Assembly: GCA_024137785.1 (NCBI GenBank)
Contig: JAHRHZ010000289.1
Span: 20,706,512 to 20,770,511 of the forward strand
Reading direction: 5' to 3'
Origin: Ginglymostoma cirratum
Taxonomy: Eukaryota
Length of the DNA: 64,000 nucleotides
The position numbers and the translations under genes were made by a program. Each line of letters opens with the position of its first letter. The stretch's first letter is position 1. Of the stretch, positions 38,061 through 50,824 are shown piece after piece. The notes under the pieces are model-generated. The model was not told the DNA's origin. It saw only the letters and a list, made by a program, of their open reading frames with translations, and did not search any database.

Positions 38061-39344
38061 GGATATTTACCTCACAGGATACACAGGTATAGGAAGAACA
38101 TTGATGCCTCTCCTTCCCCAAAAGAGTCATTAGTATGAATTATTTGCGATCTTTCTGTAACTGTCTCCAGCATTTGTCATAAATTATTAAGCTTAAAGCG
38201 TAAATTGTGTCTGGAATGAGAAAATAATTATAATGTAGTCTTTGTGGTGCTGAGTCTATAGTTGATGCAAATACATTTCCTGCACAGAACAAATTATGCG
38301 AATTAAACATGAAACAAGTTCTCTCTCAGCTATCTTCATGCCTTTCCGAATGGTTCTCACTGCTAAATGCAGTATAGTGTAGCAGCCCTAAGTTATAGCT
38401 TTCTACCAGAAGAGGGTGCAAGTAGTCTTTGTCTTATTTTTCATTTAACTCTGGAGCTTTATTGTTCTTTAACTGGCATTTCTATCTCTAATTCTTGAAA
38501 ACAAATAATTTTAGCATTCTGGCTACATTGAGAAGATATTGATTCTAAACCTTTGTTTAAATCCCATTCACCTTGGCTGATGTTAGTTTGCCTTTGCAGA
38601 TTGGGTCACTCTGGATCAATTGGTTCAGTTATTCATCGAATGAACACTCTGATCCATCAGGGAAATGAATCATTCATAGGAGCTCACTGCTATTCTGTTA
38701 GCTAATTTATTTTCCTCCATATTATACTTCCTCCAGTGGTCTTACATTATATAAAACCTGTTGGACATATATGATGGTGTAAACTGCCTCCATTTCGAGC
38801 AAATATTAATATTGTTGTACCAATGGACCTTTGGTCTATTGAGTTCTGCTTCTGTGGTGGACATGACTTGGACATTAATTGAATGGTAGTCTCCATTTTC
38901 ATGCTAGATTATTTTCTGATGCCCTGTCATAGCCAATAGCTCCCTGGATGCGATGGAAGCAACACAGTTCTTGCACAACCTTCAGTGTCTCTTGTGGATT
39001 GTTAATATCGTTCAACAAGTTGAGCAATTGCCTAGACCTGGTAAACAAGCCACTTGTTTAATGTCGTCATGTCTTGCAGACTAGGGGACACAGATAATGG
39101 CCCCTTAAGCAAATTGAAAGCACCTCTTGGCAAAGCAATTATAGGCTGTAGTAACTGTGGCTACAGCTAACGTATAGACTCATTGGCTAGTGGGCAGCAT
39201 ATCCCGATTGCTGGAGACTACCCAAGTTGACAATAACCTGCTTGGGGATGCACTATAACTTTTGAAATCATTTTTGACATATAAACATTGTGTGCCTTCT
39301 ATGCGAACTGACTGCCACTAAACCCTCTGATTCAATTTTCAGAG

Positions 39345-39551
39345 AGTCAGTGGATGGCTGGTATGTTATACAGAGTAATACCAACTGCATGAGTTCAATT
39401 CCAGTACTGGCTGAGGTCACCGTGAAGGCACTGCCTTCCTCGCTTCACCCTCATCTAAGGTTAAACTCCCCACGAGTTCGCTCTCTCCTTCTCTCTGTCA
39501 TTCTCTCTCTAATGAGTCCTTTGGTTTTCTGGGAATGTGGAGACTTTCACT
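39345..39551 (+). mobile_element. tRNA-derived SINE-like repeat
   Basis: B-box-like gagttcaattcc; homologous to 45585-45790. Confidence 0.55.
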
Positions 39552-39619
39552 AATTCGGCTGTTTTCTTCCAATAGGCCTGTCTGGTGCTGGTTATGGTGC
39601 TTTTACTCCTGTCAAATGT

Positions 39620-40250
39620 ACTTGTAAGGAGAACACAGAAAGTTAACTTATAGGTATTGCAAGCAATTAGAAAGCAAATAGCACATTGGCCTTTATCACA
39701 AGAAGTTTGTAGAATAAGAACAAAGAAGTCTCTCTACAATTGTGCAGAAATTTGGTAAGGGCTGCATCTGCAGTACAGTGTGGAGTTCTGGTTTCCACAT
39801 ATAAAGAAGGGAACACTTGCATTAGGAACAGTACAGCAAAGACTGGACCCTTGGACTAGAAGGTTTTCCTATGTTGAGAAGCTGTGCAAATTGGCTGTAC
39901 GTTCTCTGCAGTTTAAAAGAATGACAGGTGATTTCATTGAACCATTCAATATCTGAAGGGTTTGAGAAGGTTGTTTCCCTTCTTAATCATGTAAGACAAT
40001 TGTGTAGGACAGAGTGGATGAGGAAGCTCTTCATTCGAAGAGTTATGAATCTTTGGATTTCTCTTTCCCAGAGAGTAGTGAATACTCCATCATAATCTAG
40101 GTTAATTTGGACAAATTCTTCACTCAGGAAATCAAGGGATATGAGGAGCAGTTGTAATTAAAGCCTAAGTACAGACATGATTAAATTGAATGGTCAGACA
40201 GGAGCAATGGGTGTGTGGGTTATTCCTGTTCTAGTTTCTTATTTTTTACA
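39620..40250 (+). mobile_element. CR1 LINE 3' fragment (old)
   Basis: Decayed QYSVEFWFPHIKK (~39770-39808) and a CR1 3' UTR. Confidence 0.7.
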
Positions 40251-43167
40251 TCCCATCTTAAAAAGTTTGGAAATAATGCAACATACGGGAAACAGGTAGA
40301 CTTGTCTGGGGGTAATTTAATCAAAGTGAGAAGCAAGAGATCAGATAGCTGTAAAGTTGTCTTGTGCCCTTAACACCAGAATACCACAAGGATCTGAAAG
40401 TGTTCATTTAAACATTGTATTAGTGGCTGTAAGACAAACAACATTGGATGGAAAATCTACAAATTTGTACTAAGATGCTGTTGAGGTCCTAATTGTGTTA
40501 TAGGACTCTGATTTAATGCATTTGTCATGATATCAACTCTGAAAGATGTACACTTAAAATGGTGGCATGGCAACCAAGGTGAATCATAAACAGAGCAGTA
40601 AGTACATTACTCACTGTCACTGTTTCCTCTGGATATCCAGGGTTCAAATAATCACTTCATATTTAACAATATTTTACAAGTTATAGTCAGTAGAGTGGCA
40701 GTTCAGGAACTAACCAGCTTGGTTGATTTAAGCAAAACACAAGTACAGGGTCAGACTTTCCCTCACAATTGATGTATTATGGACATATGTTAAATATCAG
40801 TGCTTTTATTGCTTGAGTGTTTTATGGCACTGGGTTAGTTTAGTAAGTGTGGTTTCCATAATGAAGGGGGAAACGTCAGTTTCTTCTTTTCAGTCTCTCT
40901 ATTTCCTTTTACTCATGTGTCCCACATTAACATTTTATGTGTCTTTCAAGGGATCGTGATTTCAATTTTACTGCAGAAAATTAAATATTTTTGTTTACTT
41001 TATATCTAGTTGGAGCACTCAGTGCCAGTCGTATAACTTGCTTTGCCCGGTGCAAGAGGTAGGGAGACTTTACAGAAAGGGCAAATTAGAATAACTCAGA
41101 CGATGTAGAACCGCTACTGACCCACCATCTGATTTTCTGCTTATGAAATTCCGCCAAAGAGAGAAACAGCTGGAGATTGGCCTTGGCGCAAAACTGTTTC
41201 TCTGGCTGCTACAGCAGGACCTGAGCTCGGTTACAGACCCTTCTTATTCTCACGGCAATTGATTCCCATCTATAATCTGTTTGCATTCAGTTATCTGTTC
41301 AACATGAAGGCAGAGAAGCAAAAAGACAGTATGCCTTACATGTCTCAATTTAACATTCCTGCAAACTCTCTATTCTCTAACACAATTGTTTTGAAGTAGA
41401 TGGCTACATATGTCACCAGTGGTCAGATGTTTACAAATTCCCATCTGATAGTTAATCTTGGCAACGGACATTCACAAAAGAAATGGTCACCTGTCCAATT
41501 CCAAACCCCAGATCACAGATTTTAAAATATCTGTTATTTCACTTCAGTGGTGTGTGCTCAGTGCTTTACTTTGTCTTCTGTAGACCAAAGATTGGAGATA
41601 AAATGTAAGTTTTCCTGGATCAGATTGCCTGGCCTGGTGAGTTCCTTTTACACACACACTCTCTGACTTGCCAAAAGTTCTTATATTTTTTGCACCCAGA
41701 CAGTGTAGTGGGCCAGGGCAAATACTTAGGAACATCCCCCATTTTAATTTTGCTCATAAACTTCCATGGGAGAAAGAAAATCGGGAACAAGATGTTGCTT
41801 TTGCTAGAGATCGAAAGAAGTAGCTACAGTTATTTACTGAACTTCTTGATAAGTAAAATTTTTTGTACCACTTTGAAATAATGGTATTTAGGTATATAGG
41901 TCACATGGGATTGCATGCTTGTCCTTTTTCTCATCCGGAAAATATCGAAAGCAGCTGCAAACTTTAACGTAAGCTAACCTGTGAAGCAGTAACATTTAAC
42001 CAATACCTATCTGTTTTGATAGTTTTCTCTGACGTAAGTTACACACCAGAATTTTCATTACCCATCGTTTCTCTTTACAGATGCTGGAGTTAGCTGTCTG
42101 TTGTAAACAACCTTCCTCCGCCTTGATTTTTCCTTCCATTTGAGAGCAATAGGAAGGAAAACGGGGCAGGGTGAAAATAGGTGTCTAATTCTATCTTGTA
42201 AAGTAGAAATGAACCCACTGACTGACAATCTGTGCTGTTCCAGCAGTTTTTAATATTCTGTTTTATTTCAGTTTGCTAGCATTTGCAGCTTTTCCTTAAC
42301 ATTTTTACTTTTATGATAAATTGATCAGGCAATTATTGCTAACTTTGCAATAACAAATGCTAACCACTACAGCTGACTGCTGACAGTTGATTTCAGGAAG
42401 CTTAGTTCTGGTAAATCGCCAATGAAAGCAATCATTTCTAAAAAGGCAATCTTAAATCTGTCAGAAGGAGTGACGATCTATGAAAACATTGATTAAAAAA
42501 AATCTTTCAGTAAAGTTACTTTAAAATACTTTGAAGGAGTTGAAAAAAAGGTCAAGAAAGGAAAACTTTTATAAATATATCATAGGTATTGGAACTTTCA
42601 ACAAAATGTATCCCAGACAAAACACAGATACCAAAATTAACAATTGACTACAGAGAATGACTCTCTGTGCGTTAAACAAAATTGCAAGCAAGTTCTTTAT
42701 AAAAATTAGCCTACAAATTCATGTCACGTAGAGCACAGAAAATGTTCCATACAAGTGCTCCAAAAAGCTACCCAGAGATACACAGATGCCTACAGTGTGA
42801 TTACAGAGAGGATTTCAACTCAATAGTTTGGATTATTCACAAGCTCAGAATATCGGTAACTGGGAATGTTGTTGGGCCACAATCTAACTGAGGACTGAAG
42901 ACGGTTTGTTGATCAGTCTGAAAGTAATAAAGATTTGAAAGTGAACTCCTGTCTCTAATCTATTAAGAGTTTGGACAGTTTACATAGAAGCAGTGATTCT
43001 ATTGAGTTCTATCTCGAGAGTTTCAGTGCATGCAATCATGAATTGAGGAATCGGGGGCCCAATCCCCAACCTCCAGTTTCAGCATTCGTAGATCCCTGTT
43101 GGAGACAGGTGGTCATGGAAACATCTCTATTGGATAAAGAAAACATGGCAGTGGCTACAGACCTAAT

Positions 43168-45540
43168 GGGCTAAATCTTACCAGAATTCAGCTGAGTGCC
43201 TGCTTTGTCAATTTTCATTGAGGGTTTCTCCTCATGGGGCTGAGTAAGTTTTCACCTACTATTGTCCAAATCTTGCCTCGTTAGCTCTGTACTGTGCCCC
43301 TATGTGGCCTGCTGATCATCTGATGCTAGCCTGATTCTTCCACTTGTGAAAGGTCCCACTGCTGGGTACCCTGAGATTCCTGGCACTCACTTCATATGGA
43401 AGGCTGTAATGCATCTGGTAAAACAATGGCAGGCTGCAGTTCCCCTGCATGGTTCATGATATTTACTCCTGGCATGTCAGGTAAGGGGCAATTGTATCTG
43501 CTTTGCAGACAGGCACCTGGAGAGGATGTTATAGAAGAGGGCTTATACAACCCACAGGATTGGCAGAGGCCATGACAGCAGACCCTGCCAGCCTGGTCTA
43601 ATGTTGCCACTTAGGTCAATGCCGCCTCCATGGTGTGGAGGACTATGCAGCAATGCAACAAGAAGTTCATCCACTTCCCATCAAAGCTCATGCTCTACCA
43701 CTCTAAGGATCAAATGCAATGTCTTCCCTCACTTGCAGTTCCACCCTATTAACCCAATATGCCATCTGTGCTACTTACTTAGTCACTTGAAACACCACGC
43801 CACCTTTCCCTCATCTACACCAGTATGATCGGCTGTGATACCCTCATTCATCTCACTCAATCTCTTCCTTCCACTCATTCCAAATGAAAGTAATCCACAG
43901 TAGGGCCAAGAGAACCAGGACAAGTGGTGTCCCCTAACAGTTAGCTCCTGACCTGTCTGTGAAAAGAGCATCTTAGCAACGCCCCACACCCCACACCCCA
44001 CCACCACCCCCCGCGATGAGGTCTGGCACCACTTTTGTAGAGACACAGAAACATTGGTATCTTCGAAACCAAGAAAGAAACGTTGCCCATTGCTGTGCTA
44101 CTCTCCCATTAGCTCCACTGGGAATCAATACTTAATGTGCCAGAACTTCTCCCTCTGTTTGCTACCCATTCTCTCTTTTGTCTCCTGCACTTATGAATGG
44201 TATTAGCACAGAGACCATCGTTAAGAGGACAATGCCACAAGACATTCCTTCCTCCATCTCTGAGAAAGAGAGAATGGGTCTACTGGTAACACTGCCTGCT
44301 GCATCCTTCACCAGCTCCAAAATTGACCACTCAGTGCGTATTTTTGCTAGATTAGAGTCGGAAGGACCTGCTGGTGAGAACATCACTGTCAATTCTTTGT
44401 AGCTGGTTGTGGAATAATCACCCCAGGGCACTGAAGGATTGCTGAAGACCAGGCAGCTGCTCAGCCCTAGGCAGGAGAGGATCCCCATGGTGTCGGCCAT
44501 TTGTCACTTCATTGACATGCACAAGCAGGAACAGTGGGCAGGTTTGTCAGAAGCACTGGGCAACCTGACACAAAGATTGGGGATGGCAGCAATGGTATTG
44601 GGACCCTGCTGCCTCAGGCATGTGACCACATGTCTGCTTCTCTGGGCAGCAGCAATGGAGAGCCATGTCCTGCAGATTACTGTATATATGCACAGACCTA
44701 CACTCCACTCCTCAGCACCATTGGAAAGAGAACAGGGGATGGGGGATTTGATGTCACTCCAGGTCTTCTTCCTTTCAAGAAGATGGGCAGTGCCAGTCTA
44801 TACACAGCTGGAGTTGGAGCCACATATCGTTCTCTCAAAAGTCTCATCTCAAGACACTCAGGAGATAATAGGGTTTCTACCTCTACCCTGACTGCCAATG
44901 TCCTCCCACTGAGAGTCCAAGCTGAGAAGGGTGCACATGCATTGGGTTAGGACACACTCAGCATGTCTGGCTGCTTCAGACAATCAAAAACCCCAAGGCC
45001 AATGGATTCCATGGTCGAGTGGGCTCCCTCCACTCCATTTGCAGCACCCATAACAGCACTGAAAATGTATTGGGAGGTCAAAAGGAACATCATGTAAGGC
45101 ATGGGTGACACATTCTTGTGAATATGTTAACACATTTGTAAACAATTGTTCACTTTCCTTCATCAATTGTGTGAGCGAATGACCATCTAGCCACAGCTAC
45201 AAAATTGAAGGAATACAGCCTAGACATCCTTAACAACACAGAATGGTTTATGGTCCAATATATGAAGTGAGCAGCTCCTGCACTATCTCCACACTATGGA
45301 AATTTGAAAGTTGATTGCAACTTTGACAACACAAGTCAATCTTTCCAGGCTGCACAATATTGTTTGTCCATCAAAGCCAATAGTGGGATTGATGTGTAAT
45401 ATTGCATTATGTTGTGAAGGGTGTTTTGTGCAAGGATCTATCCTGCACAAAAGAGTTCAATGCTAAAGTTTCACAGGTGTCTTTCAGCTGTACTGTATCA
45501 GTGGCTGTATAATGCTGTTGTCCAAGATTAAAGTCCTCTC
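43168..45540 (+). mobile_element. PIF/Harbinger relic with a Myb/SANT gene remnant
   Basis: Starts with TIR gggctaaatctta, like 31655. 43579-43677 translates QTLPAWSNVAT*VNAASMVWRTMQQCNKKFIHF, a Myb/SANT-like trihelix motif. Right boundary uncertain. Confidence 0.6.
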
Positions 45541-45584
45541 TTTTCCAGAATGAAATAATTACCTAAGGGGAGGGAGTAGGGGGC

Positions 45585-45790
45585 GCGGTCAGCTCAGTTG
45601 CTGGGCAGTTGATTTGCAATGCAGAGTAACACCAACAATGCCGTCTCGATACCTGCACCAGCTAGGGTTACCATGAGGGACTCTCCTTCTCAATCTCTCC
45701 CTTCACCTGAGGCATGGTGACCCTCAGGTTAACCCAGCACCAGTCGTTTTTCTCTCTCATGAGAGAACCGGACTATGGCAACTTTATCTC
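45585..45790 (+). mobile_element. tRNA-derived SINE-like repeat
   Basis: A-box-like agctcagttg; body cacctgaggcatggtgaccctcaggttaa; homologous to 39345-39551. Confidence 0.55.
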
Positions 45791-46519
45791 CTATTTACTC
45801 TTCCGTCACCAGGTGTGGTTGCAGCCATTTCATCTCTATTGAGCAGTTGTTGTTTTCTGTACGATTAAAGACAACAGTGATTACTCCTCAAGCAGCAAGT
45901 CTCAGCCTCAGCCTCAGCCTCTTACTATTGGTGAACCCCAAAATACACATTCCCTTCTTGATAGCCCTCTCTGTCAACCCCATATACTTTGAATTTCCCC
46001 AAGTCAACACCAATGTCATCTACCTGAACTTTTATCTCAACAATGTACACCTTCAGTCCAGGGCACAATTGAATAAACATGCCAGATCTAGTAGTACACA
46101 CAGGGAAACTAGGATGCTGCTGGAATGCCTCCCCCCACCAACATTACCCCTTTCCCTTTAATGCTCCATTGCCTCCCCTCCCATGTAGCTAATCAGCCTG
46201 CTCAGACATGTTATGATATCCTCTTCCCAACTTTCCATGATTGTTTTTATACTCTGAGATTGTCACAACTAACCACTTCTTTAACCAGTGTCATTACTTC
46301 CTGTCTTTACCTTCCTCCTTCAAACTATTTCAGGAGAAATTTTGCTTAAAACGAATCAACAAAAATTATGACCATCTTTAGGTGGACAAGTTCCTGGTAT
46401 GTGGTCCCTGAGCCAGAGGTACAGAAGAGTGAACTGTGCCATTAATGAAAGGATTTGTGAATGTATCAAAGATTTAATTCTCCCCTCAACCAGCAGAAAG
46501 CAGTTGCAATGATCATTAC

Positions 46520-46664
46520 ATTTCACATCAGGCCACCCTCCCAAATCCATTTTTAGATATTTTTAATCAACCTTTTTAGACATATCATCACCTCTGGAGC
46601 CGGTAGGAATTGAACCAAGGCCTCCCCTGGTTCAGTGATAAAGGCGCTACACTGTATCACAAGA
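46520..46664 (-). mobile_element. tRNA-derived SINE fragment
   Basis: Minus strand tcttgtgatacagtgtagcgcc..ggttcaattcctacc; homologous to 23018-23128. Confidence 0.55.
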
Positions 46665-46787
46665 ACACCTCCAACTTCAATTTTAAATTAAAAACTGAAA
46701 GAACTGTGGATGCTGTAAATCAGGAACAAAAAAAAAGTTGCTGGAAAAGCTCAGCAGGTCTGGCAGCATTTTTGAAGATAAAAACAG

Positions 46788-46825
46788 AGTTAATGTTTCG
46801 GGTCCGGTGACCCTTCCTCAGAACC
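46788..46825 (-). ncRNA. Hammerhead motif, left arm of the twin
   Basis: GGTT-CTGAGGA-A-GGGT(CACCGG)ACCC-GAAA-CATT-AACT (stem III CG changed to CA). Confidence 0.6.
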
Positions 46826-46862
46826 GTTCTGAGGAAGGGTCACCGGACCCGAACCATTAACT
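46826..46862 (+). ncRNA. Hammerhead motif, right arm of the twin (core variant GAAC)
   Basis: GTT-CTGAGGA-A-GGGT(CACCGG)ACCC-GAAC-CATT-AACT. Confidence 0.5.
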
Positions 46863-48197
46863 CTGTTTTTTCCTTCAAAGATACTGCCAGACCTGCTGAG
46901 CTTTTCCAGCAACTTTGTTTTTGTTCAATTTTAAATTGTCAGTGGTATTCACTCGAATCAACAAAGTGCCAACTTAAATGTGTAAATTGGATTCCAATGA
47001 TGCAGTATTGAAATCTTGGGTCCAGGTTTTCAAGGTAAAATCATGGGTTCATCCTTTATAGGGCTTCCTATTGAGGAAAGCAAATAGGTTTAGACAAGGC
47101 TGAATCAGTTGAGTTGCATTATATTTTTCATAATTTCCTGGATCCTCCCTTCTCTCAGTTTCTTGCTAAAGGTGATGAGAGGTTCTACTCCTTGTAGTTT
47201 TATGAGAATGGATATGATAATGAGGTGCTGATGAAAATTATCAGCATCAAATGTAACAGACTGTGAAGAAAGGATAGAATAGTCTGTACTAGTACACAAT
47301 GTTCTTATAGAGAGCACATGTTCATAAAAGAGTGTTCAAAAATGTACCAGAGTTAAATAACAGTCAATTATGGGTAATGGGAAGCCCTTACAGGCCACAA
47401 ATTACCAGAAGAGACAAGGATAGCCATCTCCCCAATGTGCATGTTGGAACCCTAAGCAATAAGCCTTGTATGAACACAAACCACTCTCCTCAAAGCCAAA
47501 TAAAGACTCGTGAGTCTGAGCCTTCCTGTTGGGCACAATCCCGACATTGACCTCAATTCCAGAATGGAACTCAGAAGTGGCCATGACTGGATATTGGTTG
47601 TGATCTCCCTGGAAGCTGCCAATTAAGAAGCTATCTCTTGAACTCCCATCTATTAAGGATGGCTGGCAAATCCAAGTAGGCAGGCAGCCCATTGGAATAG
47701 CTGGCAGAAGTCTCTGGCTGGTAACGCAACCAGGAAAGATGGGCATTGCTGGGGAAAACAAGAGATTACAAAGCTCCCTCAAAAGGAGGTGCTCTCTGCA
47801 GCCTTGTGAAAATTATGTTATATAATGGATGGCCATAGCCACACCTGGGTGAGTGTGTGCAGGTGTAGGTGGCTCGCTGTGCTGCCATCAAGAGGTTACC
47901 TTCAGAGCTCCATCTCAATGAGAAGCCCATCCACCATTGAGGAAGTACCCAGCTGACCCTCAGTGAGCCAAAAGGTAAACTAAATTGGTTAACAATGTGG
48001 CAAAGTCGCTTGGACGTGTCAAGGTACTGCATGGCTGATTGACACTTTTCTTCTGGTCCTGCCTCCTTATCTTGCCCATGAGACCAGGAAAATTAGTTCT
48101 TTGGATTTCGAAGGTCAATGTATCTGTTTCCATTCAATCCTTTGCTATATACTTTAGGATAATCCTGCTACAGCTATTGGGATTTGATGGAAACCTC

Positions 48198-48510
48198 ATA
48201 GAATCACAGAAAATTACAGAAATGTTAAAAGCAGAAGGAGGCCAATCAGCCCACTTTGTCTGTACCAAATCTCTGAATGAGCAGTTCACCTAATACCAAT
48301 GTCCCACCTTCTCCCTAAAGTCCAGAAGAAAGTCCTTTTTCAAATGACAGTGCATTTCATTTTTGAAAGCCCCAGTTGAACCTGCCTCCACTGTATTACC
48401 AAATGGTGCATTTCAGAACGTAACCACACTGCATGATATTATTTTCCACATATCACTTTTTGCTTCTTTTGACAATTACTTCAAATTTGTGCACTCTCAA
48501 TCCTTACATG
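48198..48510 (-). mobile_element. CR1 3' end fragment
   Basis: atagaatcacagaa..gcagaaggaggccaatcagccc CR1 tail. Confidence 0.65.
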
Positions 48511-49127
48511 AGTGGGAAACTTCAAGGAGATTTGAGGCCACATGGCTTCGCTCTTCTGAGAGCTTTTAGTAAGGTTACTGTCAGTATTTCTCCAGCATTC
48601 ATTTCAAAGTCAGTACTAACACTGTTGGTTTTAGTAATCTGAATTGTTAAAAAAAAGTCTATAATTTGCTCCCAGTTAGTTTCTTTTTGTCTAATTTAGA
48701 TTTGCTAAGATGTCTCATGAATAAATGGTAACTGTTAAAAGATTGTCTCACTATTGGGGTGGATTATATTGAATTGCTTCACAAATAACACCAGTTAAAT
48801 TTGTATGTGCTAAACGGTACAGTGCCAACAAAAAGCAGTGTGGAATGAACTATTACATTATCAGATTCCGAGGTGAAGTGGAAGTTACAGGATCTATAAT
48901 TACATTATATTTTATTTTGTACAATAAGTGGAGTCTGGTGAATGTAATCGGCTGAATTCTTGCAAAGATCAACCAACGCCAAAGGCATTTAAAAATAGCA
49001 TGGCCATAATACAGAAGTCCCATTCTCATTTATGGCAGGTCCTATCTTTGATAGCAGGAGGAAGAGGCAGGGTGTGAATCATGTGAATCTTACAATCAGG
49101 AAGCCTAACCATAACAGATGTATGTTA

Positions 49128-49460
49128 TAATCACAGAATTGTTGCGGCACAGAAGGAAGCCATTTGGTACATCATACCTGTGCCGGTTCCAATAACTATT
49201 GCCAATCTCCAGCCTTACTTCTGCATGCCTTTTCTATCCAAATAATTATCCGAAGCCTTCTTGAATGCCTCAGTTAAGTCTGTCTCCACTACATCTCCAG
49301 GCAGTTCTCTGTACCTCTTAACTACTCACAATGTGGAAATTGTTTATTTATTTACTTATTTATGTCTCAATTGAAATCTATGGCGTCTTGTTCTTTTTGT
49401 TTTTTTTCACAAATCAGAACAACTTCTCCCTATCTATATCTTGTATTACCTATATTTTAA
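49128..49460 (-). mobile_element. CR1 3' end fragment
   Basis: aatcacagaattgttgcggcacagaaggaagccatttgg CR1 tail. Confidence 0.65.
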
Positions 49461-49511
49461 TACAATTTAATCTGGATTTTTGGATTTTGAACCAACAGCT
49501 AATGAGTTTGG

Positions 49512-49619
49512 CTGATTCAGTTCTGAGGAAAGGTCACTGTACCTGAAACGTTAATTCTGTTTTCTCCTCCACAGATGCTGCCAGACCTGCTGAGGTTTTC
49601 CAGCAACTTTGTTTTAGTT
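49512..49619 (+). mobile_element. 108-bp HHR-headed mini-element with TSD
   Basis: Exact 14-bp TSD gctaatgagtttgg (49498-49511 / 49620-49633); contains only the HHR and the PLE terminus. Confidence 0.9.
49519..49556 (+). ncRNA. Minimal hammerhead ribozyme motif, intact
   Basis: AGTT-CTGAGGA-A-AGGT(CACTGT)ACCT-GAAA-C-GTT-AATT. All core bases and all three stems are present. Confidence 0.75.
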
Positions 49620-49654
49620 GCTAATGAGTTTGGACTGTGTTAATGATGTACATA

Positions 49655-50445
49655 TGTAATGATCAACTTTTAAGTCGTTTAAGCCATGATAATTTTTCTT
49701 TTTAAACTCAGAGACCTCCTGCAGAATAATAGTTTTGTTTTCATTGGGTGAGTTTTACAAGCGCAGAGTAAAGATTGGCGCTTCAGCTAGAAGCTATTGG
49801 AAATGATGCTTTCTTTTTAGCTTAGGAGAAACACCCAGTGCTTGGAAAGACCTTAGTTTCATTTTGGCAGGTTTGTAGAAATCTTGGCTGATGTATAAAA
49901 CCGTTGCTCCTAAAGAAGGCAAATAATCTATAGCTGTTCAGGAATAGATTACCTCGGTACAAAGAACTTAGTTTAAATGTTTCAGACTGAAAGTGTTTGG
50001 ATAAAGCCCTGAAGGGCTTATGTGAAGTTGGGAAAATCTAAGCCTGCTTGCATGAGGATTTAAGGAAGAGCAATCAGATTCTCAGGACTGATGAATTTAA
50101 GCCACAGTTGAGAAATTCTAGATCTGATAGAAAGTAAACTCTCTCTAGGGTGTATGGGTACTGTAAAGGAGGACTGTTAGGGTTAAAAGGATTAAATTTT
50201 ACCATGGGTTTCAAAATGTTTAAATCTGGTATGTTTAAATACTTTGTTTATTCTGTTTTTATTTTCATTTCTGATATATAACAAACTTCTGTCTTATGGC
50301 TTACACAAAGTCAAAAGCATCCTGTGCTTATTTTTCAATGAAAGACCATTTTAGTAAAACCAAAAAGAAACAGATACAATTTATCAAACTAGGTTATAGT
50401 CTGGGTTCTGATTTATCCAATAACAGTGTCATCAGAGATTATAAC
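49655..50445 (+). mobile_element. Putative solo LTR
   Basis: Inverted ends tgtaatgatc / gattataac; non-coding; T-rich tract before the 3' end. Confidence 0.5.
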
Positions 50446-50649
50446 TGGTCCGTTTGAGGTTACTAATTTAAAACTGGCACTATTTTCACTATCCTGGGTG
50501 GGAGCAAGGGTGGTGAGTTCACAATTTGATTGACAGTTTTAAGTGGCAGTTTTTATGAGACTATTATAGTATTACCTGCCTTTGATGTGGTTACTCAAAA
50601 GAAGTTAAAATAGAATGACCACTTGAGGAGACTGAAAATCTTTAAATCC

Positions 50650-50824
50650 ACCTCCGGATCCAACACATCATCCTCCGACACTTCCGCCATCTGCAATCAG
50701 ACCCCACCACCAAAGACATTTTTCCCTCCCCACCCTTATCTGCCTTCCGGAGGGACCACTCCCTCCGCGACTCCCTTGTCCGCTCCACACTCCCCTCCAG
50801 CCCCACCACACCCGGCACTTTTCC
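50650..50824 (+). mobile_element. Young Neptune PLE fragment abutting the gap
   Basis: Nearly identical (about 5 substitutions) to ~51346-51520. Confidence 0.9.

Larger units (their letters stand above)
46690..46923. mobile_element. Palindromic twin-hammerhead mini-element
   Basis: Near-perfect inverted arms of about 98 bp around a 1-nt centre (46825). Exact 14-bp TSD ttcaattttaaatt (46676-46689 / 46924-46937). Confidence 0.92.

Noticed and set aside
38600-38700. Possible exon after cctttgcag
   Set aside because: All frames hit stops, there is no convincing donor, and the peptide is not recognisable.
46690-46923. Interpretation as a DNA-transposon MITE or pre-miRNA
   Set aside because: The arms are PLE termini, the ends are asymmetric, and the 14-bp TSD matches those of the PLEs here rather than the 2-10 bp typical of DDE transposons.
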